Shown here: positions 1 to 11,094 of the stretch, piece after piece
Position numbering within the stretch: position 1 is the stretch's first letter
How the letters are laid out: every line of letters starts with the position of its first letter
NCBI GenBank assembly: GCA_043228905.1
Contig: JBHGNT010000015.1
Coordinates: 744,001 to 808,000 of the forward strand
Source: Azolla caroliniana
Lineage: Eukaryota; Plantae; Polypodiophyta
DNA: 64,000 bases
Direction: 5' to 3'
Position numbers and translations under genes: made by a program
Notes under the pieces: model-generated
What the model was told of the DNA's origin: nothing
Database searches by the model: none
The model's input: the letters and a program-made list of their open reading frames with translations, nothing else

Positions 1-540
1 AGGTTAAGTTGATTGTGTTTAGAGAATTGTGTTGTGGAAGAATAAAAGTGTTTAGTTTGGGGACATGTCTCAGAAATTGCGTAAAGAGGAATAAGTGTAG
101 ATAGGAAAAGGATTACAATTACAAGACACAACTTAGAAAGGTTAAGTTGATTGTGTTTAGAGAATTGTGTTGTGGAAGAATAAAAGTGTTTAGTTTGGGG
201 ACATGTCTCAGAAATTGCGTAAAGAGGAATCCGTGTAGATAGGAAAAGGATTACAATTACAAGACACAACTTAGAAAGGTTAAGTTGATTGTGTTTAGAG
301 AATTGTGTTGTGGAAGAATAAAAGTGTTTAGTTTGGGGACATGTCTCAGAAATTGCGTAAAGAGGAATCCGTGTAGATAGGAAAAGGATTACAATTACAA
401 GACACAACTTAGAAAGGTTACTTTGATTGTGTTCAGAGAATTATGCGATCAAAAGCTAAAAGTAGTTATTTCGGGGTCATGTCAAGAAATTGCATAAAGA
501 GGAATTTGTGTACACAGGAAAAGGAATTCAATAATAAGGT
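1..540. repeat. 138-bp tandem repeat: three near-identical copies plus one degenerate copy, possibly continuing left of the window
   Basis: The unit AGGTTAAGTTGATTGTGTTTAGAGAATT... starts at 1, 139, 277 and 415. The fourth copy is diverged. Confidence 0.95.
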
Positions 541-1773
541 TATGACTTCATACTAAATATATTGGAATTTTATATGCATGATGTTTGTTTATTATGTTCA
601 GACGTCGGTGGTGTAAACATGGACTATTTAATATGAAAGAAGAAAAAAAACGTGATATTAAGTGCTAAACCATTATGTGGAAGTGTTCCTATATAACATA
701 TAAGTGAATTTAAATGTCTCGACAAACTAATGCTCAATAGCTTCACAATGTTATGTTCTTCCAATTTCAAACCTCAAGTAAGTGAATGTAGACGGGCAAT
801 TGTGAACACATTTGTTAACATTACTATCTTGCTTTTATGCATAGTAACAACAAAAAGGCGTCACAACAATGACATTGTCAAAATTCCCATGACACCCATG
901 TGTGGGAATCATACCATTAATGTTGAGTTCATTGTTGGTGTAACCTACTTAACACACTACAATGGGTTGCACCAATTGTTCATTGTTATGAGGATAATTT
1001 GGAATACACCCTATCAATGGTGAAATGGGCAAGGAGGATGCCAAACACTCTCAAGCATGTCAATGGAGTGAATTAGCAAATGGTCTTCCCAACCTCACTC
1101 TTACACTCGAAATTACTTAATGGAAAATATGCTCACAAAAGAGACTTCATTCATTATTAATACAAGAAATCAATTATGATAGCAACTATTATTAATAAAA
1201 TCTGGAAATCAACCACGATTGTATGCAAGAAGTTGAGGTCAAACATATATGGCTTGAGCTACGATTATCAAGGAGGGCCAAAGGTTGTGCGTGAGAGAGA
1301 GATAGATAGATTATATCATCGTCTTCAAAGGTCAAATATGACCTATGAGACCAAAAATATTACATTTCACGTGATACATGTGAAAGTGAGTAGCGACTCT
1401 CGATGTTCAAGAACTTTACCAATGAATGTTGCAATTGAGAGTGCACATTGTGGTTATGAGAGAAATTTGTGCAAGTATTGGGCTTGGTCAAAGATGTGTG
1501 GAAAGCATGGTCGAATATGATCAAAGGCAGAGCATTGTATCAAAGTATGATACTCATACTCTCAAATTTGTTTAGGGCAAAGTGTGTATAGTCGACCACT
1601 CTCATCACTTGTGCCCCAATGCCCCTCTCGCACCAGAATGCATGTGAGCTAAGTTACATAGAAGCAATGGTTTGAATGGCAGACAATGACATGTATCCAT
1701 GTGTACAGTTTCCTTGTCCCGCAAAGAATATGGTTTTGTAGTTATGTGCAACATGTGTAGTATAATGTCCTCT

Positions 1774-1777
1774 GTGT

Positions 1778-1808
<31 letters not shown>

Positions 1809-1840
1809 GGGGGGGGGAGAGAGAGAGAAAGAAAGAGAGA
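1774..1840. repeat. Compound microsatellite (TG)n + poly-G + (GA)n
   Basis: Directly visible. It accounts for the low-complexity ORFs 1654-1887 and 1776-2009. Confidence 0.95.
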
Positions 1841-2105
1841 GGTTTACTCCATATGTTCAAAATGTCGAATGACGAGATGGATATCATATTTTAATTCTCA
1901 CGTTATTAGGGGCTATAACAATATTGGAATATGCACAATGTTTTTCATGTTTGATGGTAGACACGGGGAAAGAGAGAGGTTTACTCCATATGTTCAAAAT
2001 GTCGAATGACGAGATGGATATCATATTTTAATTCTCACGTTATTAGGGGCTATAACAATATTGGAATATGCACAATGTTTTTCATGTTTGATGGTAGACA
2101 CGGGG
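1833..2105. repeat. 137-bp direct tandem duplication
   Basis: GGTTTACTCCATATGTTCAAAATG...GGTAGACACGGGG begins at 1841 and again at 1978. Confidence 0.95.
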
Positions 2106-2499
2106 GTTAAAGCATATATTAGGAACTTCATATATATTCTTATTTGCCACTTTTGGGTACCAGGAGCATGCAGGGACCATATCTTCGAGTGCATATTTTA
2201 GTTATTTGATGATTCTAGAGAATATCCCTCTAAGACTCGTGAGACAATTACTGGGCAAGAGTATACATCCTACCCAATTATGGGTTTATCTATCAACAAC
2301 TGCAAAATCTAACATTCATCCAAGGTCCTTTACCTCTACAAACTAAAGAGCAATTATGGGTTTTGACTAGTGTTTACAAGGACGAATGCCATTTTTACAA
2401 GTGAACTACTAATCTCTTGTACCATTGCTCTATTGCGTCTCTTCAATGGCTATGATCTTAGGCTGAATAAGAATAAAAGGTATGCAACTTTATTTATGA

Positions 2500-2800
2500 T
2501 TGGTGGAAGATCTTTAAACATATCAGTTGCCATTCTAAATTGCCACCTACAACAAAGGTCCTCATTTGGAGAGTATCGGGTGGGGGTTTGCCTTTGGGAT
2601 TAGCTTTAAAGCAATGTGGATTACCAACATGCAATTGCTTATTCTTTTTGCATTATTCAAATAGAAAACAATGTTCATCAATTCAGATAATGTTTTATTG
2701 CTTGTCATATTTGAAGTTACATATCTCAAATTTGGCAAGTTTTGTTATTTGATGCCAAGACATTGGGTGTTTACACAATTCAATCATAGTACCATTGTAG
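2500..2800 (+). mobile_element. Degenerate LINE (L1-like) ORF2 C-terminal zf-RVT fragment
   Basis: The translation PPTTKVLIWRV..GLP...L...G.....C.F resembles the zf-RVT pattern P.K.K.F.WR....LP....L..RG....C.FC. The flanks are frameshifted. Confidence 0.55.
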
Positions 2801-5756
2801 TGTTTTTCACACACATTTATTAATATATAATTGTGTATTTTCACCAAAAATAAAAGCTTTAGGTCATGATGATAAAAGTGAAGGAGCCCCTCAAAAGAGC
2901 ACCATACATGGCCATTATAGACCTTTATGTTATTTGCAACATGTTTACATTCTACTCGTTGAAGGGTCTTTGCATCTTTTTATTGTATTTTCTTGCTCTC
3001 TTCTCCTTGCATGTAGATTTATCCCTTTGATACCAAATTCCAATGCATAGAAAATGAAGCTTACAATTGATACTCGATGTAGTCCCCTTGAAAGGCAATG
3101 TTGATCAAAGTGGAAAAATGCCTCTTACTTAACCAACCAACGCCTATGCGTAAAAGACAAACCTCATTTTTTTATTGAGCTTATTTTATATTATGAATAT
3201 GTTCAGGTGGATCAATTAGCCAATAGAGGTATACAACATGTTTAAACCAAACTAAATATGGCAATGATTGAGAGAAAACTACATGCATGACACGATCTAA
3301 AACCACATGCAATTTGTGAGAAAAATTATTGTATTGGCCCAAAAATACATGTGATGAAATGCTTACATTATGATTGGATATATAAGAACACTTGAGCAAT
3401 GGTGATCTTTCTAATTTCTTCAAATATTGTTTTTTGGTGCAGAGTTGCAATAGTATGACAAACGCCCAAAAAAATGACAATTAATTTTCTCTTGTCCATG
3501 AACAACAAATAAAAGTTTAATACAAACCAAACATAGAGGACAAATATATTGAGTGGAGGACCTTCCTACTCCAGACTGGGAAATATGCATCATTATTGCC
3601 TATGGTTATGCACTAATGACAATGTTTGATGTAAAGTGTACTTCTAATGTTTCAAAGGTTCTGAAGTCTATGTATTCCAAAATCTAATAAGTGTATATTT
3701 ATCCTTGAATTAGCCAAACACACCCAAATTTAGATCTAAATGCTGAAGTAACCTTGAATTATTGATGTTTTTTCGATATGCATAGCTTTTTGTTTAAAGA
3801 AAATAAGAGCACAATATCCTTCTTCACAATTATGGTCGTTGTATATTAGGTTTATGTTAACAATATTTTATGAAGAGCACATTGTTGCAATGGGTGTGTC
3901 AATTGTTATGGACCCCTCCATGTAGATTTGCTAGTTCTCGCAACTATAGCTCTACTAACTTGTTTTGTCCCATTTTCTTTTTCATGCTTCATAAAATGAA
4001 ATTTCTCTCTATAAAATACGTTGTGTGTGGATTTCATGAGTATTTGCTCATTTCACGTGCTTTTCATTCAAAACAAATTTCCTTGTAGAAAATGCATCCC
4101 AATTTACGCTTATTATCTAACTTTGTTGAAGTTTAAGTTAAATTTTTAGATTTATATTGATATCCAAATAATAATTTTCTCATTGATTCAATCTCGTACA
4201 TTATCTCAAACTAAAATTAAGAAGAATTTCTATGATGAACACCATATCTAACCTTTGTTCCAGAATAAACGCCACATGCTCAACATACAAGAAACTTAGT
4301 TTATTCCTTAATTTTGATGGTTCCTTTTACATTTGCTTGGAAATTACTTTTGTGTTTACTAAATGAGGACATTGTGGGTTCCTCTCCTAACTTTAGTCAT
4401 ATTTGGAGGACTTAAGTCATGAGCCACATGATCCATGTATGCTTCCTGATTTTTTGTACACACGAACTTTGTTTTCTTATTATTATGAACTTTGATACCC
4501 ATAAGTTTCTTAGCTTCTTCTATGTTGTGGATGAGCCATATTGAGGATAATGTTAGTTGTATTTAACAAGCATCAAGTGCAAATGTGCTCACAATTATGC
4601 CACAATTTTCATTTGTTATCTCGATTTTGTAATCAAGCTCTATTACATATATTTACTAACTTGCAATATCACAAACGTAAGAACATGCTAAGCTCACTGT
4701 GAGTGGATAATTACGATCGTTCACTTAAAACACAAAGATTGTCCTTGATATAATCGCCCATAGAAACACATAACCATAACCACCCAAATTATCTCATCAC
4801 ACAAACATATGACTTTGTAGGATTGACACAATAGACAATTTTAATTTGTTCCCATGTTTGAGAGAAGAAGATAGTGACCCCATAATTACTATATGCGGAA
4901 TGAGAGGAAAGAACTAAGAAAGGGGATGTAGATTATCATAAGAATGTATTTTCATTTAGCATAATCCCAGAAATAACCCATGATGTTACAATTTTCCTAA
5001 CACGACGTTCCAATTTATAATAATAATAATAATAAATGCCAAATTCAATTTTATTCGTTGTAGCTAAGAGAATATCAACACATATCAAGAAAAGCCATTA
5101 TCAACAATTAACCAATATGATGAATGAAAGAAAAGTTTAACCACTTTGATTAGTAACCAGATATTAAAAAACAACAAACTAAGAGTATTCCACAATCTTA
5201 CATCTAAAAATGATGTCATTTTCATGTGCTCATCCTGATTCGAATTGCTTAAACTATTATTTGCAAGCTTTTGGGCTACCTTCCTATTTAACTTAAACAA
5301 AGCAAGAGGTTATGTTTATTAAGAGTTGTTTTTTGGGCTAGCCTTCTCACTCTCTCAAACCACAAACATGATATGGCATTACGAAACTCCGTGATAGTGA
5401 GAAAGGGTAAGGCTTCCTTCAATCATCACTACAATGAGTGATTCATGTCTAGGACTTATGATACTCCATGAGCCTTACACACAATCTTCAGAACATTTGT
5501 CACTAACAATGATACATTTTTATGCACGAGGTGTAAACAAAAAACACAACTCACAACGATGAAAGACGGAACTTGAATCTTGACCTAAGCCATAGGCTCC
5601 CCCTCCCCCCTAGACAAAGCATCTATCACATAAACCAAAGAAGGAAACCATGTCATAGCCTTAGACACTTTCTCACTCCACGCCATCTATAGGTTTTGGG
5701 CATGACATCAACACGCAATCGTCACGATAGCGAATCACGCTTTAAAAGCTATATAT

Positions 5757-6025
5757 GCATACATACATACATAACATAACATAACATACATACATACATA
5801 CATACATACATACATAACATAACATAACATAACATAACATAACATAACATAACATACATACATACATACATACATACATACATAACATAACATAACATAA
5901 CATAACATAACATAACATAACATAACATGTTACATAACATAACATACATACATACATACATACATACATACATACATACATAACATACATACATAACATA
6001 CATACATAACATACATACATACATA
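5757..6025. repeat. Compound microsatellite of alternating (ACAT)n and (ACATA)n blocks
   Basis: Directly visible. It generates the spurious MLCYV/MYVC ORFs at 5735-6066. Confidence 0.98.
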
Positions 6026-6261
6026 TGTCCGGAGTTTCGTGGACTGAGTTTTGGACACCTTCTCACTGCAGTTAGATCATGTTCTTCAAGCCTCCCCTAA
6101 AAGAAAGAAGGGGGAAAAAGTTGATTTGGGCAATTACCATCCATCCATCCATGCTGACTATACTTAGCAGAGCAGAGCTATTGGCATGCCTGGTGAGATC
6201 AATTGAGCAATTGCAAAGAGTCTGATTGTGAAAGAAACGGGGAGCTTTGTCATGCCTAGCC

Positions 6262-9200
6262 ATGGGGTCATCAACGAAAGAAGCATCAGAAGAAGAAATA
6301 TCTCCTTTCATCAAAGAATCCACCATCTCAGCACTGGCCATAGTTTCTGGCAACAGAAAAATAACGTCGGTTTCTTTGCATAAACACGAAGAAACCTCTT
6401 TTCGATCGCATCTTTCCGACCCGGTAAGGTAAGATATATTTTTAGATTTTTCGAGTCATCGTATGGAGATCCCTGAAGAGGGTTTTTTAGGCTCTTTGAT
6501 TCAATTTTTTAAGAACCTCTATGAATTATTTTAGGTCTTTGATTCATCTTGTCAAGACCCTTGAATAAATTTTTTTTTAGGTCATTGGTTCATCTTGTTG
6601 AGACGTTTAAGAGTGTTCTTTTGGATTCTTTGGTTCATCTTACTTAGACACTCAAATAAAATTGTTTTAGGTTCTTTGATTCATCATGATAGACAATTGA
6701 ACAGACTTTGTAGGTTCTTTGGGTAATCTTGTTAACTGCCAGGAACTGAAAGGGAGTTTTTAATTAACCTATAAAAAAGAACTTAAATTTCTTTTTGAAA
6801 ACAAGTAACTAATGTGAGTAAAGGTCATATGCAGATTATACTTTACAAAAACTATGTCCTTTTGATTCCCAATCTAAAATGGATAATGTTTAGAATGTGC
6901 CTAGCTAATGCATAAAAGTGAATATAAATGGAAAGCGCTATTTGCCCCCCCATTTTGGCTATCCCCCCCCTCCCCCCATTTTTTTTACAATTTCTGATAG
7001 TTCTCACCTCGTTCAACAACATGTCTCAACAAGTGTCTTCAGCTTCAACTATCGATAAAACCTTCACCGAGAGAGGGGCTCTGATCAGTTTTATCAAGGA
7101 CCATTTCCGTGCTCAGAATATCATCGTTGTATTGGATAAGCATAGTGACAACCGAAAAGTCACTTTCAAGTGCTACTATGGGGGGAAATATCGCAACCCT
7201 CTAGGCTTGACTGACGATACTCGCAAAAGACAAACGGGGACTCGACTAATGGACTGCCCATTCTTCGTTAGAGCAAACCTCTTGAAGAAAATGGGACAGT
7301 GGAATATTAAAAAGGCAGCTATTGCACACAACAGTATGAAAATTTAGGGGGGGGGGGGGGGGGGAAATAGCGCTTTCCTAAATATTTTTCATTACCAAAA
7401 CCTTATAATCATGATTTGGGTATCACATGTTGATGGGCACGGTTTCACCTGTATCCAACTAAACGTGGTGGATGCATTGTATGATCATTTTAGTTCCAAT
7501 AACTAGAGCATCTCCATTTTTCTGAATAGAATAGAAAAATGTAAAGGATATATTTGGTTGATGACTGGGTAAATGTTCTCAGAAAGAATTAATTTAGATA
7601 GTGGGTTTGGAAACTTTAGTTCATGACATCTATTTCAGTTATTTATCAGATTGATGCTTTTGTCTTGGGGTTGAAACTTTTGCTTAGGCAGTGTGGTTCA
7701 ATTGGCATTTTTGAGAGGTTCAGTGTATCCTAGAGTTAGACAAAATATATGCAGAAGAGAAGAGTACGTTGAGATGATGAATGGTGAGTTTCTTGGCTAC
7801 AGAAAAATATCGGAGTGATAAAAAATGCTTTCTGAGGTGATGAAAAGTTTATGGAAGCCAAGATTTTCCAAACTGATGATATAGAAACTCCTCTTCACAC
7901 ATGCAAGATTTACTTGATCAACTCACATCTATTAAAAGTTCATTAGGAAATTTGTGTATGCTTGGAAGTCTACTGTCTTCTCGTGATGATTGGAGTTCCA
8001 TCATTGGAATTATTGCTGATTAAGATTCAAACACATTATATGTGGTGAATTTTTCTGAAGCACCATCCCGTCTCGTTGGTTCTTTGGTCTCCACACATTC
8101 CCAGATTTTGATTATGCATGCAGGAATAAGAGTATTGGGACATGCATCAAGATGCTCTACAGAATGATGGTGAAGTCAAAAGTTCACATTGAGGCTGGTT
8201 TTTGCTCTGTTCAGACGCACGTGTAATATGCACTTTGTTATGTTTCCTGTAAATACATAATTTATAATTTCCTAACTTTTCTTGCCATGGGACTGGCATA
8301 TGAAAACGCACCCTGATGTTCATGTGAAAAGGCTTACAAAGCCTTTCAAATGGAACCGTTCAATTTCTATTGAATTTTCTCTGTTGTAGTGAAATATGTT
8401 TCCTATCAAAGTTGAGACACATTGTTGGCTTTGCTTAGTTGGTTGCAGAGTCTAGAGGGAACCATGGCTTTAGTCTCAGAAATAGAGATGATATCTATTA
8501 ATCCTCGTGGATATGCTAGGACAAGAAGGTACTTTTCCTTGTGCCAAAATTTCTTTTTTGATGTCTTTGAGATGGAGCTACCAACCTCAGAGGAGCAGCT
8601 TTTGTAGCCCATATTTATCTAAAGATACTTGGCTAAAGCAGATAGCTTGAACAGAGGGTAAGTTGAAATATTGATTTTTCAGCACCCAAAAAACAAAAAC
8701 TGCCACTTTTCATTGAAGTCATTTCAATTGAAAGATAATTGAGAAAAAAATTGGGTCATGCTACTTATGCCCCTTCAACAGAAGAAATTTAGTGTCATGC
8801 TCATCATGGCCAGTTTGCAATTTCTCAAGTGATCCTCTATATGAATGCAGTTATAGATAATCTCAAGATTAGGGTCTATAGGACTGATGAAATTATGCTT
8901 ATATTGATTTTGTTTAAATTAAATCAAAATAGCACAACCTGTACTGCCACGTTATTTCAGTGGCGACCTAATGGAAGATGCCACATTACTTCCATGTGGG
9001 CATTCTTTTGGATCTGGTGGACTTCAACGAGTCCTTGAAGCTGTGAGTTTTCATTCCTCTTTCCAAAACATTAGGTATCAAGTTTTGTAATAAATGGATA
9101 ATAAAAAATGTTTCGTGGTATTTTTTTAACTGACCAATATAACACAAACACATTATAATCTGTTGCAGAATGTATGTGTTACCTGTGGTTTACATGTCCC

Positions 9201-10602
9201 ACATGAATCATTTACTCCAAATTTTGGTATATCTACATCCATTAAACAATAGTGTCTGCAATTCTCATCAAGCTGACAAGGTGCTTAAATCTAACAGTGA
9301 AGTGGTTTGATGAGCTGTAGCATTGCAAGCAGTTGTCAAAGCATTTCGACGGGAAGAAAGAAACCAAAGGGCCTTATCACGCAAGAGGCAACGGGAACGC
9401 TTTATTCAGGTAAACTGTAATATCCCTTTCTTCTGTTTCGCTCACTTTGTAAAGGCTGTGGAGGACTGGTTTAATATTTGAAGTTAAAGAGTTTTATAGA
9501 TCTCAATAGTGTGGAATAAACATCTTGGAAATTTTTCAAATGGGCGAAAGCTGGTTTAATCTGTTTTCCTTTGCTTTTATGCTATGTAGAGACTAGATAT
9601 TTCCAAATATAGATGATTAAAAGAGACATTCAATACTTTGAAATCATGTATCAATATATCTTGTGCTTCTCTGTCAAAGCTTTGATAAAAGGCTCTCAAT
9701 CATCGTTGATGTGGTATAATGTCAAACTTTAGACAAAAAATTTGAATTGCTTATTTCTACCGTCTTAAGGCAAATTGTCAAATATAACAGCAATTTGGGA
9801 TGAATTTGGTCAGGCCTCACATCGTGTTGAAAATGACAATATTTTTATCTTAACTATGTTTTTGGTTTAAATATAGGATCATATTGCAATAGCAGACTTT
9901 TCAACTTCACGAACTTCACGAACTTCACGCTTGAGAGGTCCTCAGTTCCCTTTCAGCGTTGGTGACAAAGTAATGATCAAGGCAAGTCTATACTCATGTA
10001 CTTTTGCTGCAGAGTTGTCATGGCGTAAGGATGCAAATTGCATTAGCTAGAGGTTCTTTTGGATTCTTTTGTCAAAGGTGCTCAAAATTGCAAAGAGAAG
10101 GGGGGGGGGGTGTTGACTCTGGACCCATTGGTGAAATAGTGATAAACATAGGGTATTTCAGGTTTTCCCTTTGGTTTAAGACCGAGTAATCAACCATTAA
10201 ATAGCGTAGGATGTTTATCGATGCTAATGAGATTGGCTTGGTTTGGTGAATCAATCCTCGTACTTTGAATAGTGTAATGGGTTTTCTCGATATGCTAATA
10301 GCAAAAATAGCTCACAAATCTCATGATCACATAATTAAAAAACCAAAAGACTGGTGTGGTTTATGCCTATTCTAGGGGAACAAGCGCACACCTGATCGAT
10401 TTGTCAGCCGTCAAGCCATAATTACAGCCCAATGCCTAAATGGGTGGTATGAACTTCTCTTCAGTTTTATTTTTAGTGTTATTTCTATATTCTTTATAGT
10501 TCCCATTTCCTGATCACTTCGTTCTTGTTCAGGTTTATGGTAAAGACTCTTGATAATGGAGAGGCTGTAAAGCTGCAACATCGTTCTTTGATAAAAGTCT
10601 GA
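6262..10602 (+). CDS. U-box domain protein, plant PUB62/PUB63-like (7 exons)
   Basis: Exons 6262-6428, 8961-9042, 9169-9226, 9321-9409, 9877-9981, 10376-10446 and 10533-10602 join in frame. They give LSDPVSGDLMEDATLLPCGHSFG..C.TC..PNFALQAVVKAFRREE (U-box) and QFPFSVGDKVMIKGNKRTPDRFV..ITAQCLNGWFMVKTLDNGEAVKLQHRSL*, the C-terminus I recognise from PUB62/63. Confidence 0.9.
6480..6730. repeat. Degenerate ~45-bp minisatellite in intron 1 of the U-box gene
   Basis: A TTTTAGGT(T)CTTTGATTCATC-like core recurs about six times. Confidence 0.7.
6930..7378 (+). mobile_element. 449-bp non-autonomous TIR DNA transposon (Mutator/MULE-like deletion derivative) with a FAR1-type DNA-binding ORF at 7021-7347
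   Basis: TIRs are GGAAAGCGCTATTT(G)CCCCCCC and GGGGGGGAAATAGCGCTTTCC. TAAAT flanks both ends (6925-6929 and 7379-7383). The ORF motif C..GGKYR....R.R.TGTR..DCPF......W......HN is typical of MULE transposase N-termini. Confidence 0.8.
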
Positions 10603-11046
10603 AACGATTCATTATATATACAAAATCATAACATTAAATGCTCTGAATTATTATTGCTTGATACTGTCCATTGGAGCAGTATTCAGTTGAATGCCATGCC
10701 AGATACAATGAAATGTTGGGAGAGCTTTTAGAGAGAGCTGTTTATGTGCATGCATTGGTTGTATCCTGTTAGGCTCACTATTACAGAGTGATTGCTCGTT
10801 ATTCCATGACCCACATACATATACACGCCCCACAGATACATACAGACCATTCTTAATTTATCATATATTCAATTCCTTCATTTATGTGTGTTTTTTATGT
10901 GTATGTATGTGTATATATGTATACATCTCCATTTCTGTTATTGATAAGAGCAAAGCTCTCAAGGGCAACAGTTCAGGATTCCTGAACTTCCTTCAATTAA
11001 AGGTACATTCAAATATTGGAGCTGTAATATCTTACCATGGGCCTTT

Positions 11047-11094
11047 AAAGGACTGAAAATCCTTGGGTCAGTGGTTCAAATCCACTCCTAAACA
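11047..11094 (+). pseudogene. trnF: 3' portion of an organelle-type (mitochondrial-like) tRNA-Phe(GAA); probable NUMT fragment
   Basis: Anticodon arm AAGGA-CTGAAAA-TCCTT, T arm AGTGG-TTCAAAT-CCACT and 3' acceptor strand CCTAAACA are present. The 5' acceptor strand and D arm are absent. Confidence 0.7.

Noticed and set aside
1-540. Regular repeats here, at 32185-32490 and at 57290-57910 as CRISPR arrays
   Set aside because: They are head-to-tail units without unique spacers, no cas genes are present, and the context is eukaryotic.
4400-4900. Faint helicase-like (Helitron/PIF1) words on the minus strand
   Set aside because: Too degenerate to support by eye. It would need a translated HMM search.
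5735-6066. Three Cys/Met/Tyr-rich ORFs
   Set aside because: They are translations of the ACAT/ACATA microsatellite.
6928-7020. N-terminal extension MESAICPP... of the transposon ORF
   Set aside because: The ATG is formed by chance across the TSD/TIR junction and translates the TIR. ATG 7021 is the more plausible start.
7688-7783. 96-bp AG...GTGAG-bounded candidate extra exon in U-box intron 1
   Set aside because: It has an in-frame TAG and would split the conserved SDPVSGDLM motif. There is no support without transcripts.
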